From a virus: 64,000 nt of DNA. The position numbers were made by a program, and so were the translations under genes. Numbering within the stretch: the stretch's first letter is position 1; each line of letters opens with the position of its first letter. Positions 35,018 through 45,730 of this stretch are shown in pieces. Location of the stretch: the IMG/VR virus record IMGVR_UViG_3300048592_001371, positions 59,554 to 123,553 of that record; one strand, written 5' to 3'. The notes below the pieces were generated by a model. It was not told the DNA's origin and searched no databases. It saw only the letters and a program-made list of their open reading frames with translations.

Positions 35018-37336
35018 ATGAAAGAGCTTCGGAGAATCGGCCTCAAGAACATCATCTACTTTAAGAAGGCGTCTCTGTCCTTTCGCCCTGGTCTCACGTT
35101 CATCCTGGGCCGCAACAAGAACGCAGGTGGCAAGAAAGCGTCTAACGCGGCTGGTAAGTCAAGTCTTTTCTTCCCCGTCTACTCGGCCTTTGGCTTTTCC
35201 AATCCCATTGTCAAAGGCAAGCACGTTCTCAAAACGGTGTATGGCAAGAACTCGGCTACGATGCTGGAGTTCAAGAACGGCAAACATCTCTGGCGAATCG
35301 AAAAATCCAAGAGCAAGTTGAAGCTTTTCCGCGATGGGAAAGACATTCAGATTCGCACATCCACTCTAGCCCAAGAACGCATTGATCGTTTGCTGGATAC
35401 GACAGAGGACGAGTTCTACAGCATCTATTACATCGACTCCAGTCGGCCACACCTGTTCCAAAACGGCACGTCCGCAGAGCGGTTTGCTTTCATCACCCGT
35501 ATGTTCCGGCTGTCAGACATTGACGAGATACGCCGCAAGATCAAGTCTGAGATTTCCGACATGAACGTGGAGACCTCTACTCGGGAACGCTTGAAAGAGG
35601 AACTCGATCAGCTAGTAGCGGACTTCGATGGTAATGACATTGCAGACCTGAATGGACAGTATTCAGATCTCACGGAGAAGCAGAAGTCGCTTGTCAAGAA
35701 ACAGGTGAAGCTAGAGCGACATCTTCATGTCCTAGACGTGGCGCGTTCCTTTGCGAAGCAGCACAAAAAGCTGAAAGCTCTGGAAGAGGAGTTGGGGCTT
35801 GGTACAACCGACATTACCGAGGCTATCAAGAAAACCAATCGGCTTCTGCGACAGTTTGAAGAAAGCAGCGAACAGCTCGGAGCATACAAGGCCTACCGCA
35901 AGAAGTGGAAAGAGCTGAGTGCAAAGCGCAAGGCTCTGCCGAGCGATGGGATAACCTCGGTAGCCGAGCTCAAGAAAAAGATACGCAGCATTGAGAATGA
36001 CCTTCAGAGGTATTCGGACATAGAGAAACCTACCAAGCCCGACTCTCCTGGCGTTAGCGAAGGGACACTGGCAAAGTTGAAGAAATACGGAATCTCTCTC
36101 GATGCTTCCGGGAAGGAAAAACTAGCGAAAGCCATTGGTAAGTATGCTAGCCTCCATACCACGGCTAAGGAACAACTGGAAGAATTCGACCGACACTTAT
36201 CCGACCACGACGTAACCAATTGTCCGACGTGTCACTCCTCTCTGTCGAAAGGAACCAAGAAGTCGCTTCGGCAAGCTCTTGCGGACAAGGCCGCGGATGC
36301 ATACTCGAAATACGACGCAGTACGCGCGCTGCAAACTGTCTATGGCTCGGCAATGGAGTGGGTGCGTTACGAGAAGGATTTGGGAGACTACCAGAAGGCG
36401 CGCCGCAAACACAATGAGATACTTGCCGAACATGATCTAGAGGCGATGCGTTCGTTGCTCAAAGTCCTCGTCGCACTAGAGGAGCTGGAAGAGGTGGAGA
36501 AGCCGGATGTACCGGACGTTGAGCCAGAGGCGTTGCGAGACCGCTACTCTAAGCTCAAGGAACTGGCCGCTATCAGCCAAGCGATAACAGGTGTCCAATC
36601 AATGATCGACGAGGCGAAAGAAATCAAGGGCGACAAGTCGATCGCAGATACCTTAGAAGAATTGCAGGGCAAGAAACAGCAAATCGCCGATTCCCTCACC
36701 AAACTGAATACGCGGATCCCAGCATTACGGTCGAAGATCGACTTGCTGAAATCCAAGAGCAAACGCCACAGCGAGGTAGTTGCTCAGATAGGTGAGATCG
36801 ACGCAAAGATAACGGATTTGCCTATATACAAGGCTCTGCTCGAAGCCTACTCAGCGGGTGGCCTGAAGCTGCTTCTGATTCGCCGACTGACAACTATGTT
36901 GGAAACGAACCTGAACAAATTCGCACAAGTCCTGTTCCGCGAGAACTTCAAGTTCCAGCTCGAAGCCGATGAGCGCAACTTTGTTGCTATTGTCAAACGC
37001 AAGCACTCTGGTCGAGAGCTGTCGTCGGACATCAAACACTTGTCTGGAGCCGAGCGACGAATCTTTGTGCTGCTGTTTTTGCTGGCCTTGCTTCCTTTGA
37101 TTCCCCATCAGCGACGGTTTGACACACTCATACTGGACGAACCTGATGTGAACTTGGACCCGGACATGTTCGAGATTTTCCGTGACCGACTGTTGCCGAT
37201 GTTGAACAAGATCGTTCCAAAGGTGGTTGTGATTAGTCCTAATCCAGCCGTTGTACCCACAGATGGTAAAGTAAATGTATTCACCGTTGTCAAACAAGGC
37301 AGCGAATCACAGGTCCTGGAGGGATACCATGAGTGA
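35018..37336 (+). CDS. sbcC: SbcC/Rad50-like ATPase
   Basis: GRN..AAGKSS Walker A, coiled coils, CPTC zinc hook, LSGAE signature and LDEPD. Confidence 0.9.
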   Translation: MKELRRIGLKNIIYFKKASLSFRPGLTFILGRNKNAGGKKASNAAGKSSLFFPVYSAFGFSNPIVKGKHVLKTVYGKNSATMLEFKNGKHLWRIEKSKSKLKLFRDGKDIQIRTSTLAQERIDRLLDTTEDEFYSIYYIDSSRPHLFQNGTSAERFAFITRMFRLSDIDEIRRKIKSEISDMNVETSTRERLKEELDQLVADFDGNDIADLNGQYSDLTEKQKSLVKKQVKLERHLHVLDVARSFAKQHKKLKALEEELGLGTTDITEAIKKTNRLLRQFEESSEQLGAYKAYRKKWKELSAKRKALPSDGITSVAELKKKIRSIENDLQRYSDIEKPTKPDSPGVSEGTLAKLKKYGISLDASGKEKLAKAIGKYASLHTTAKEQLEEFDRHLSDHDVTNCPTCHSSLSKGTKKSLRQALADKAADAYSKYDAVRALQTVYGSAMEWVRYEKDLGDYQKARRKHNEILAEHDLEAMRSLLKVLVALEELEEVEKPDVPDVEPEALRDRYSKLKELAAISQAITGVQSMIDEAKEIKGDKSIADTLEELQGKKQQIADSLTKLNTRIPALRSKIDLLKSKSKRHSEVVAQIGEIDAKITDLPIYKALLEAYSAGGLKLLLIRRLTTMLETNLNKFAQVLFRENFKFQLEADERNFVAIVKRKHSGRELSSDIKHLSGAERRIFVLLFLLALLPLIPHQRRFDTLILDEPDVNLDPDMFEIFRDRLLPMLNKIVPKVVVISPNPAVVPTDGKVNVFTVVKQGSESQVLEGYHE

Positions 37337-37970
37337 AGTAGTGAAATCAAACATTAGCGATCAGCTATTCGATGCTTGGTGGAAGTCTGAAGATGGACTT
37401 CGGGCGCTATTTTCAACGCTACCGACACCAGAAGCAATTGCGAAGCGAACCTGGAACGCAGCGGTTAAAGCCTTCGGTTGGAAGTCGAGTGCCGAGCACG
37501 GCCTACCGGAAGAAGTAGGAAACTACATGGTGGTATTGGAGAACAACCATATCATCCACGCGCAGTTGCTCCATCACAATCCCTATGATCCGCAGAGCCC
37601 GAAAATCTGGACAGCGGCTGCGTATGGGGAATTAGAACAAGAAGAGACCATGGACTACTCTGCCAGCGCGCGCTATTACTTCAAACAGCGGGACTCCGGT
37701 ACTGCCGAAGCGTTGACCGATTCCCAAGTGCAAACGACGCTGAAAGAGGAAGTGGACCTCATGTTCTCTCTGTACTTTGTCGAAGGGCCATTGGCCGGAT
37801 GCTTTACACCGATGGTGAACCCACCAAGAAAACGCCTCCCGGAATACCCGCAGTTGGCAACAAAAATCATCAACGACTTCGGGATGGGAATGACAAAGAT
37901 CGCCTACTATCGACCATTGGAGATGCCTCAGTATGAAAGCACTGATAGCGATAACACACCACAATCTTGA
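37329..37970 (+). CDS. Hypothetical protein (DUF551-like WxS..LPE segment)
   Basis: GWKSSAEHGLPEEVGNYMV; GGAGG RBS. Confidence 0.5.
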   Translation: MSEVVKSNISDQLFDAWWKSEDGLRALFSTLPTPEAIAKRTWNAAVKAFGWKSSAEHGLPEEVGNYMVVLENNHIIHAQLLHHNPYDPQSPKIWTAAAYGELEQEETMDYSASARYYFKQRDSGTAEALTDSQVQTTLKEEVDLMFSLYFVEGPLAGCFTPMVNPPRKRLPEYPQLATKIINDFGMGMTKIAYYRPLEMPQYESTDSDNTPQS

Positions 37971-38712
37971 CTTCGTAGCGAACGCTGTCCAGCCGTACCT
38001 GCAACGGAACAAGGACGTGCTGCTCAAGACAATGGATATCGACGGGAAGCTACCTGGGCCAACCAAGAAGAAGGCCATTCTCCTGATACCGACCGTTGCT
38101 ACTGTCAAGGCAAACGCCACGGTTCTGAACAAGTGTCCGAACGTCGTAGTTCTCGTCTTCGACGCCCCGTTGATGTGTGTCGAGCTGAAAAACGCCAAGA
38201 TGCTCGATGTGGAGAAGAACACGCCGTCGTATGTCTTCAAGTTTCGACGACTAGCACCACACGATGTGTCGCACGCGGTATCCGCCGCATTCCGAAACGA
38301 GGAAAACCAAAAGCTCGACACCAAGGTATTGGATGTAGGTATGCGTTTGTTGAAACGGACGCGTGGCTCGGTGGTCTCGAAATTCATCACCTTCATGTAC
38401 AAGATTCCGAACACGAACAGAAGGAATCAAGTGCAAGCTACGCTGTTTGACTTTATCTGGCGTGGGAAGATCAACGACGCGAAGGCCTACATCAAAAAGA
38501 ACTACTCGAATACGCAGGCGGAGAACCTCGTCCTGTTTTTTGACACCGAGGACGCCAGAGCCTTCTTCAAGGCGATCGAGCATGTGAGAACCAAGCCTCG
38601 CAAGAGCTACGCCGAATTGGCGAAGCATTATCACGTCAACAAGTTTGATCTGACGTATTTCATGCGCTTCTGGAATGATCTGAAAAAGGAAAAGGCCAAT
38701 GAAGACGATTGA
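37933..38712 (+). CDS. Hypothetical protein
   Basis: 259-aa basic ORF with phage-like codon usage. Confidence 0.6.
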   Translation: MKALIAITHHNLDFVANAVQPYLQRNKDVLLKTMDIDGKLPGPTKKKAILLIPTVATVKANATVLNKCPNVVVLVFDAPLMCVELKNAKMLDVEKNTPSYVFKFRRLAPHDVSHAVSAAFRNEENQKLDTKVLDVGMRLLKRTRGSVVSKFITFMYKIPNTNRRNQVQATLFDFIWRGKINDAKAYIKKNYSNTQAENLVLFFDTEDARAFFKAIEHVRTKPRKSYAELAKHYHVNKFDLTYFMRFWNDLKKEKANEDD

Positions 38713-39136
38713 ACTGTTAGTAGGAGTTCAGACGATATTCCCTTCCTTGCCAGCCTCCGAATTGATCGTGAAGAAGACGTTCCTCTTCTCCCCACGGATG
38801 TTCTTAGCACGGCGCATTGCGAACATCTATAACGTGACCGATTACGACATGCTGGAGAAGCCATATTCAGACTATCTGGAATCTGCTTGGAGCGGCTTTG
38901 CGAAATGTGTTCCACACACCTGGGCCAGACTCAGCATACGTGTCATTGAGCAGATGGACAAGACTTCCTGGCTTGCCCGCCTGCTTGGCGTGAAGTACAA
39001 CCATTTCGTTGTGGTTGGTCTCTCTCAGGAGGATGCCGAGTACGTTAGCCAGAAGATGTGCGACAAATACCAAGTAACCATATTCTCCGACGACAATGAG
39101 CCTGAAACTGCGCGAATTCGTTCAGATGTGCAATGA
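38699..39136 (+). CDS. Hypothetical protein
   Basis: Overlapping coupled ORF. Confidence 0.55.
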   Translation: MKTIELLVGVQTIFPSLPASELIVKKTFLFSPRMFLARRIANIYNVTDYDMLEKPYSDYLESAWSGFAKCVPHTWARLSIRVIEQMDKTSWLARLLGVKYNHFVVVGLSQEDAEYVSQKMCDKYQVTIFSDDNEPETARIRSDVQ

Positions 39137-39863
39137 GCTCCGGGAAGGGATGGAAATCCCGGCCGAGCTTGTTCCCGAATGCCCTCTCACCGGACTAGAC
39201 GGTGTAGCCGAGCTGGAGCTAACCTCGGAACACGTCATCCTTCTCTTCTCATTTCCGAGTGATCCGAAGTACTCCTATCTGCTGAGACATGCTTCTGATA
39301 ACGGAATGGGCTTCCTGAACTACTCGGTGGGGGCCAATTACTTCTCATACAATCTCGGCACGATAATGGCACTTGGCGCTGTTCGATTGATAATCGACTT
39401 CGACTACGCGGTTGAAAACATGCAGCGGTACAATTGCATTTGTCTGATTGCGCAGATGGCGCGCATTTGCGACACTCCCGTTTGTCTAATCGCTCAGGAT
39501 ACCGCGAAGGCCAAGAATTCGTTCCTAGGCATGTTTGCCAACGACGGGATCCTAACCTTGCAACAATTCGACGCTGGCCTAGGCAAGGAAGCCAGCGAAG
39601 CGTCCGAGAATGAATTCACGCTTCCTTTCCGGATTGGAAATGAAGAAGAAGTGGTCTTTGATCAAGTGATAGTAGACTGGATAGGACGAGGCGACCGCGT
39701 CCTATGGTTGAAGAACTTGATACTCGAATCTGTGCAGAAGGCAAAACTGCGCCTAGACAAGGAAGTCCGATACTACGCGTCTATCAACGAAGACGCAAAC
39801 CCGCGCGTCACCTCTCTGTCCGTTCAGGACAAAAAATCAACGAAGATACTTTGGAAAATCTGA
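39096..39863 (+). CDS. Hypothetical protein
   Basis: 255-aa ORF ending at a convergent terminator. Confidence 0.6.
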   Translation: MSLKLREFVQMCNELREGMEIPAELVPECPLTGLDGVAELELTSEHVILLFSFPSDPKYSYLLRHASDNGMGFLNYSVGANYFSYNLGTIMALGAVRLIIDFDYAVENMQRYNCICLIAQMARICDTPVCLIAQDTAKAKNSFLGMFANDGILTLQQFDAGLGKEASEASENEFTLPFRIGNEEEVVFDQVIVDWIGRGDRVLWLKNLILESVQKAKLRLDKEVRYYASINEDANPRVTSLSVQDKKSTKILWKI

Positions 39864-39868
39864 GGAAC

Positions 39869-39906
39869 AAAAAAGGCCTGCGCTGTACTAGCCACAGGCC
39901 TTCCTT
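39869..39906 (-). terminator. Terminator between convergent genes (probably bidirectional)
   Basis: AAGGCCTG/CAGGCCTT stem with an A6 tract on the left, which is a U-tract on the minus strand. Confidence 0.75.
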
Positions 39907-39909
39907 GTC

Positions 39910-40482
39910 CTACTTGCCGTCGACGTAGTCTACGATTGCTTTGAAACCTTTCTCGGACGCGGCCTTCCGAATGACGTCCTTCTCTTGCTCTGTCAGATCG
40001 CCAATGTTCATGAGAGTAGCCAGGCTCTCATCTTCGTCATTGGAATCTGCCAGCATACTGGAGAAGGAGATGATCCGCGGAGACACTCCAGGATTGGACT
40101 CTTCGTTGGAGGTACTGGCTCCAGTGCTGGCGAGAGTTTCTCCCTGCGAGATTTGCATGAACTCCGACTGCATCCGTTGGTAGGCCTTTTGAATGTTGGG
40201 GTCCGTCAGCAGCTTCTGCGCCTCCGCTTCCGAGATAATCGACACCAGACCGCGCAACACCGACTTGCGGAAATGCGAGCTCTGCATGATCTGCTTCTTG
40301 GACACTTGCTCCGCGATATTCACGGGAGCGATGGTCGCCGGAACGACAACGGCGTCGTACCCTTGACCCTCGATCTTGGGAACCGAGAATTGAATGACCG
40401 AGCGCATCTCCCCTTTGGTCTGATTGAGTACCCACACCGGGCCCAGGTTCGATTTTTCCAGTTCCGCTATTGTGATTGCCAT
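39910..40482 (-). CDS. Hypothetical protein
   Basis: AAGGAG RBS on the minus strand; ends at the terminator. Confidence 0.7.
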   Translation of the reverse strand: MAITIAELEKSNLGPVWVLNQTKGEMRSVIQFSVPKIEGQGYDAVVVPATIAPVNIAEQVSKKQIMQSSHFRKSVLRGLVSIISEAEAQKLLTDPNIQKAYQRMQSEFMQISQGETLASTGASTSNEESNPGVSPRIISFSSMLADSNDEDESLATLMNIGDLTEQEKDVIRKAASEKGFKAIVDYVDGK

Positions 40483-40501
40483 TGCTTTGATCTCCTTATG
40501 A

Positions 40502-41056
40502 TTAACACGAACACATGCGTTTGTACGCTTCCTTGTACTGCCCTACTACTCCTTTTGCAAAAACGGACGACATCCCCAAAATCCTCAGGTGTGGTTCCCT
40601 CCTTACGCTTGGATGTTCCCGGTAAAAATCCCTCCACGTCCTCGTCAGCATGACCATCAAAGGCTTCCCTATCGACCAACGAATTGACGGTACTCGGAAG
40701 GGATACACAGAAGGTTGGAAGTTCCGATACCAGGATATGAGGTTTTCATCCTGGTAGGCACATGACCATTTGTAGTATTCGATGGATTGCTTATCGAGCC
40801 AATCGACCAAACGATTGACTATAAGTAATCTTTCGATTGCTCTTGTTCCTCTGTTCTTTTTCGATCTCACCTCCTCGATCGTGAGTCCTTTGCATTGTGC
40901 GATGTAGGACTCGGACAACTCTTGCGGGTCGGGGATACCGGTGTGTGCGATACATTTGTACGGAGCATATTGTCCGTACCACATGCACGCCTGTTTCTCG
41001 CACACGCCAATAGCGTCTTCTGTAATCGGACAAGCGAAATGTAGTTTCTCTGTCAT
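40502..41056 (-). CDS. Hypothetical Cys-rich protein
   Basis: CP...C...C.W...C N-terminus; coupled to ruvC. Confidence 0.55.
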   Translation of the reverse strand: MTEKLHFACPITEDAIGVCEKQACMWYGQYAPYKCIAHTGIPDPQELSESYIAQCKGLTIEEVRSKKNRGTRAIERLLIVNRLVDWLDKQSIEYYKWSCAYQDENLISWYRNFQPSVYPFRVPSIRWSIGKPLMVMLTRTWRDFYREHPSVRREPHLRILGMSSVFAKGVVGQYKEAYKRMCSC

Positions 41057-41628
41057 TTCAGTTTGATGTACGACCGTTTTATTTGGTTAGCCAGGATCGT
41101 TCTGGCACGAGGTTTGGAAAAACGAGCGAGGCCAAAGTTTAGCGACTTGTGAGCAAAGTAGAACCCTATCAGGGTTGCATCTACTGCGTGATCTGGAACC
41201 GGCTTGCATTCCTTGTAGAAGTCCTCGATGCAAAAGAACTTGTTCAGGCAGTTCTTCCAAGTAGCCGCCATCAGGATGTGCATTCGATTGCCAGGAATGT
41301 TGTTCACCGCTGCCATCGTCAGGCCAAGCATCATGTTCACAGACTCTATTGTGGCTCCTCGAATGCGTGCCACGTACCTCTCCGCGATCACATCTGTCGG
41401 TTTTGAACGTCTCAGAATGCGGCTTAACTGAGACGAGAACTGTTTGGAATCTTCTTGCGTGCCCGATTTCAAATCCTTCATCAACTGCGTCATCATGCCA
41501 CAACGCACTATCTTGTACTGAGTGCGAGAAATCTTGAGGAACGATAAACCGAAGTTGACACTACCTGGGTCTAGCGAAAGCAATCTGTGTTCTGTCTTGG
41601 ACGCGGCTTTCAATAATTTTTTACTCAT
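41053..41628 (-). CDS. ruvC: RuvC-like Holliday junction resolvase
   Basis: LLSLDPGSVNFG, VIAERY, WK and DHAVDA. Confidence 0.8.
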   Translation of the reverse strand: MSKKLLKAASKTEHRLLSLDPGSVNFGLSFLKISRTQYKIVRCGMMTQLMKDLKSGTQEDSKQFSSQLSRILRRSKPTDVIAERYVARIRGATIESVNMMLGLTMAAVNNIPGNRMHILMAATWKNCLNKFFCIEDFYKECKPVPDHAVDATLIGFYFAHKSLNFGLARFSKPRARTILANQIKRSYIKLK

Positions 41629-41633
41629 ACCAG

Positions 41634-41641
41634 TATTTACA
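41634..41641 (-). promoter_or_regulatory. TGTAAATA putative promoter directly before ruvC
   Basis: TATTTACA on the + strand, 5 nt from the ruvC ATG. Confidence 0.55.
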
Positions 41642-41703
41642 AGATTTGTGTTCTGTCACCATAAAATTACTGTCTGCAACCACGGGTTTTCGGAATCGAT
41701 CTC

Positions 41704-43014
41704 ATGCCAATTCTGATTCGTCAAACACGTTCACAGAAACCACGCAACAGAGGCGGAGTACTCGTTGCGCGTTCCTCCATTGATGCCGTCACACCGCTCA
41801 TGCAGGAACAGACGAACAATGCCATGGCCGTGAACGGTTACCCTGTTCTCTTCTTCGCTCGCAAGAAGACAGGAGTACTTTGCAGTTGCAACCAACTCCA
41901 GCCAACTCCTTCTGCTCCCGGTGCCAATCAACCGCCAACAACTCCTGGCGTGCATGTGCTCGACCCGGAAGGGCATGGCACGCAGGAGTACATCGCTTCC
42001 ATGCTCGAAGGCGCTTCCGTTCGCATCGGTAGATACGGCGAACGGCACAACACCTTTGATGTCGACTCCCAGAATCCTCAAAGAGCAGAACCTCACGGGC
42101 CACGCATTCGCAGTCTGGAAAAGACCGTTGAGACAAAGGACATTGACGATCCGTTTGCAGACGAACTCGAACCCTTCGACGAGAGCGAGCTGTTTGAAAC
42201 GACCGGGATGTCCATTGGGTCCTCCAACCCTACTGGTTGTGGCGTGTGTCTCGGCACAGGTTTTGTCGGTGGCTACACGTTGGTCAACGGACATCGCGCC
42301 GTATATGACTGCCAATATCATTGGGCCTCTGCGACCGGCTTTATCCTCCACGCCGAGGAACGACCAATCCGATATTCCTACGCCGGTGGTAATGCCGAGG
42401 CCGAGATCGATGTTTTGCTGCCCAAAGGGGCCGTCTCCGTAGATGTCATTCGGCTGTGGAGCAACAAGGAAGCCATTGCTTCTGGCATTCGCTTCCTGCT
42501 TTGGTCGGGTGAGGACTGGGTAGAAGTAGGTGCCAATCTGTTGGACTACTGCGACGGCCAGATGCATCGTCTGCGTATCGTGTTCGATCTCATTCCCACA
42601 GACTTCTTCTTCACGCATCTGGAGCTGCAATTCAATCTTGGCAGTGTTCCGATGTATGCCGAGTTTGGGAAGTTGGTCGAATCCGAGAACTTGGATCTGC
42701 CGGAAAACGTCGATTCGATGAACGTGATAATCTCTCCGTTGATACCGAAAGTTCACCTCTACGACATAATTTTAGAGACGACATACGGACGTGCGTGGAA
42801 GCTCACAAACGTCCAAAACTTTGTGGATCGGAACAAGAATCCGTATGGGTGGGAAACGACTGCCAGACTCATTCAGAAGTTTGAACTGGCTGCCAATCTG
42901 ACCATGCGTCCTCTGGTACAGCGCAGAGACAAACACGCTCTGCTACACGCTTTGCAACCTGGCGAAAGTACATACACGCCGTACCCAGACTACAAGCAGA
43001 CAGAGGATAGGTAA
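41704..43014 (+). CDS. Putative virion structural (head-completion-like) protein
   Basis: CSC...CGVCLGTGFVGGY zinc motif; first gene of the divergent structural block. Confidence 0.5.
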   Translation: MPILIRQTRSQKPRNRGGVLVARSSIDAVTPLMQEQTNNAMAVNGYPVLFFARKKTGVLCSCNQLQPTPSAPGANQPPTTPGVHVLDPEGHGTQEYIASMLEGASVRIGRYGERHNTFDVDSQNPQRAEPHGPRIRSLEKTVETKDIDDPFADELEPFDESELFETTGMSIGSSNPTGCGVCLGTGFVGGYTLVNGHRAVYDCQYHWASATGFILHAEERPIRYSYAGGNAEAEIDVLLPKGAVSVDVIRLWSNKEAIASGIRFLLWSGEDWVEVGANLLDYCDGQMHRLRIVFDLIPTDFFFTHLELQFNLGSVPMYAEFGKLVESENLDLPENVDSMNVIISPLIPKVHLYDIILETTYGRAWKLTNVQNFVDRNKNPYGWETTARLIQKFELAANLTMRPLVQRRDKHALLHALQPGESTYTPYPDYKQTEDR

Positions 43015-43232
43015 TGACCATAAGTCTTCGACCACCCAAGCGTCGGAAACTGAAGATGGATCCAGTGCATCGCTTGTTGCGTAAGGCGTATGAACTGAAG
43101 ATGAAGAGTCCGATCGAACAACGCAAAGCGGCAATTGCGAGGAAGAAATACGTGCGCAAGAACAAATCAATGCTGGCGCGCAAAGCAAAGATTGCCCGAC
43201 AATTTAGAAAACACTCGACGTCCAAACGGTGA
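43014..43232 (+). CDS. Small very basic protein
   Basis: 72 aa, K/R-rich; TAATG coupling. Confidence 0.6.
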   Translation: MTISLRPPKRRKLKMDPVHRLLRKAYELKMKSPIEQRKAAIARKKYVRKNKSMLARKAKIARQFRKHSTSKR

Positions 43233-43241
43233 GGTTGTAGA

Positions 43242-44567
43242 ATGGCTGTCAAGATACTGCAAGAAAAAGGCATGCGCGATGTGCGTGCCCTAATCAATTC
43301 CGGTTCCGACGTGGAGAAGGTATCCAACTTCAATTTCCGGTCTCCGGAAGAAGTTGTTTTCTTTCTCAAGAAGCTCGTCGATACGGTCAAGCTCGATGAC
43401 GAAAAACTGAAGGAATACGAGAAGCTCTACTCAGGTATGGCTTTCCCGGAGTTCTCTCACGTTCGTATCGAGAAGGCCGCGGACGCGTTCCGGGTTACCC
43501 GAACCGGGGCGCCGACGACTTTGAGACCGTCCCCGATCGATCTCAAATCTCCGGCCGTCCAAGTCACGGATGACATCAAGGTAACGAACATCAAGAAGAT
43601 CAAGGATTCGTTCGATGTTATCCGTTCGCTGCAAGACAAGCTGGAAATCCTCGATACGATCGAGGTTCAGATCCAACACATGTTCCGCAACGAGCGTACT
43701 CCTCTTACCAAGTCGGTGAAGGAGTCGAAAGACAAGGTACAGAAGTCGCTGGATACGGCTCTCAAGTTCCTCAACAAGACAGCCACCCGGAAGGTTCCCA
43801 AAGCCTTCTCCGAACACGTCAATGCGATCATCGATCTGGTCCTCAAGCGTCTCGACAAACAATACCGCAACGTCAAAGAGACAACCTATCTGACGTTAGA
43901 GGAAGAGAACCAGACAGGTGCCGACTTCTTCGTCTTCCACACGTACTTCCGTTTCCAAGATTTGGACAACGGTGACGGTTACATCTACCCCGAATACTAC
44001 ATTGTCTTCACGGCTGTGATCGATCCCAAGATGCGGATGAGAATGTACGTGAACACGATGCACAAGTTCCGTCCGCCCGGCCAATTCAAATACGGCCACT
44101 CTTTCACCGATCGCAAATCTGGTAGTCGCGAGCTCGAAGCTCTGTTGGACGTCGATGAGCTTGTTGATGCTCTGGAACCGCAAAAGGTTCCCGTTGGCGA
44201 TACCGGGATCGATGTCGGCAAATTCTCGGCCAAACAGTTTATCACCAACGTCGAGGTGGTTGATGATGTCATCCGTATCTCCTTCAACAGGAAGGTGAAC
44301 AAGAAGAACGTCAAGGAAGTGACCATCAAAGTGTTCCAAGACATACGTGGCTTGATGTCTACTCGTTCCAAGAGCCAGGTCAAATACAAGATCGCGCAGA
44401 ACAGCAACAATGCTTTCGTAGCGGAATTCAAGCTCACTTTGCCTCCGTCGGAACAGATGCGTGAGAAGATGCTGGACGCGACCAAGATCAAGATTCTGAA
44501 GGAGAAGTTCTCGTTCGACGATGCCGACATTCGCAATCTCATGAAGATGTTGCATCGGGAGAAGTAA
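43242..44567 (+). CDS. Hypothetical, probably virion protein
   Basis: 441-aa ORF with GAGG RBS and strongly biased codons. Confidence 0.65.
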   Translation: MAVKILQEKGMRDVRALINSGSDVEKVSNFNFRSPEEVVFFLKKLVDTVKLDDEKLKEYEKLYSGMAFPEFSHVRIEKAADAFRVTRTGAPTTLRPSPIDLKSPAVQVTDDIKVTNIKKIKDSFDVIRSLQDKLEILDTIEVQIQHMFRNERTPLTKSVKESKDKVQKSLDTALKFLNKTATRKVPKAFSEHVNAIIDLVLKRLDKQYRNVKETTYLTLEEENQTGADFFVFHTYFRFQDLDNGDGYIYPEYYIVFTAVIDPKMRMRMYVNTMHKFRPPGQFKYGHSFTDRKSGSRELEALLDVDELVDALEPQKVPVGDTGIDVGKFSAKQFITNVEVVDDVIRISFNRKVNKKNVKEVTIKVFQDIRGLMSTRSKSQVKYKIAQNSNNAFVAEFKLTLPPSEQMREKMLDATKIKILKEKFSFDDADIRNLMKMLHREK

Positions 44568-44568
44568 C

Positions 44569-44880
44569 ATGAGCATTGGCTACCGTGTAATGATGAGAAT
44601 AAAAACTCTGGCAGCCAAGAAACACCCGGTCGTCCTAGCCCTTGACGATTTCGCACAACGTCTGACAAAACAGGCAAACATGGCGAAACGAGTCAATCCC
44701 CAGGACGCGAAAGAATTGCTAGCCGAGGTAGCAGAAGCCAAGCAACTGGCGACACGGATTCAGGAATTGCATGAGAAGCAGCAATCCATTCAAGCTACCG
44801 AACGAAAGGTACAAGATCAATTGACCGAGATGCTGAAACAGGCCTCGGTGTTCGTAACAGTTTCGGAGGACACAAAATGA
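44569..44880 (+). CDS. Hypothetical coiled-coil protein
   Basis: Operon packing; N-terminal RIKTLAA motif. Confidence 0.6.
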   Translation: MSIGYRVMMRIKTLAAKKHPVVLALDDFAQRLTKQANMAKRVNPQDAKELLAEVAEAKQLATRIQELHEKQQSIQATERKVQDQLTEMLKQASVFVTVSEDTK

Positions 44881-45647
44881 AACTGCAAGTCTTTGCGCGT
44901 CTGCAGAAGATACAAACGGCCGGAACCTCCGGCTATCGTCTTTTCGACCAAGACGATGGCTTTGCTTTCGGTTATCACTTGGCGAAAGCGGCAGGCGCTT
45001 CCCGGAATGGGGTCTACGAGGTAGACACGTTTTTGATCTGTCTCGCACTACTCAATCGTGAGAAGATGAAGAAAATTCTGAACAAGAAAATCATTCAAGC
45101 GGCTGTTCAGAAGGGATTGAAAGACCCTTCAGATGTTTTGCAATGGGTCAAGAAGTCCATGAAGCATCAAAAATCCAAGCCCGAGCTTACAGAGGGGAAC
45201 GAGGACAAGTTTGACAAGTGGGATCTGGAAAACGACAACATCCACTACATGATCCAGACGATGGCCGATTGCAATGAGTACAATCCCTGGCCCATCAACT
45301 TGACAGAACCAATCCTCCTTTCGTATCTGTCTGGCTATCGTGTTCCGCCAAGGCTGATTAACGCCTTCAAGGCCTGGGTTGCCTACGAAGAAGCAAACGG
45401 CACGAAGAAGAAATTCCTCGATTACTTCAAGGCCTTTATCAAGGGAATTGAACGCGGCAAGCTCGACTATCGCGTACTGATATCGCCTTCAATGATGCGC
45501 AGCTATCTCTTCGGCTTGGAAGGCGGTTCGAGCGCAAACATCGAACGAGAGCTTGTCCTGATGGGACTCTCGACCAAGGAAGAAGTGAAATCACTTCCCT
45601 TCAACAAGATTCTCAAACGCATCGTAGCCGAGTGGCAAGGCAAGTGA
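44877..45647 (+). CDS. Hypothetical protein
   Basis: GGAGG RBS; N-terminal ARLQKIQTAG. Confidence 0.65.
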   Translation: MKLQVFARLQKIQTAGTSGYRLFDQDDGFAFGYHLAKAAGASRNGVYEVDTFLICLALLNREKMKKILNKKIIQAAVQKGLKDPSDVLQWVKKSMKHQKSKPELTEGNEDKFDKWDLENDNIHYMIQTMADCNEYNPWPINLTEPILLSYLSGYRVPPRLINAFKAWVAYEEANGTKKKFLDYFKAFIKGIERGKLDYRVLISPSMMRSYLFGLEGGSSANIERELVLMGLSTKEEVKSLPFNKILKRIVAEWQGK

Positions 45648-45730
45648 GTTGAGGTAAAGATTTCGCAGGGTGCAAGACCGTAAGACAAAGCCCTGTAACC
45701 CGCCCGAGAGGGCAATTACAGGAGAGTATC

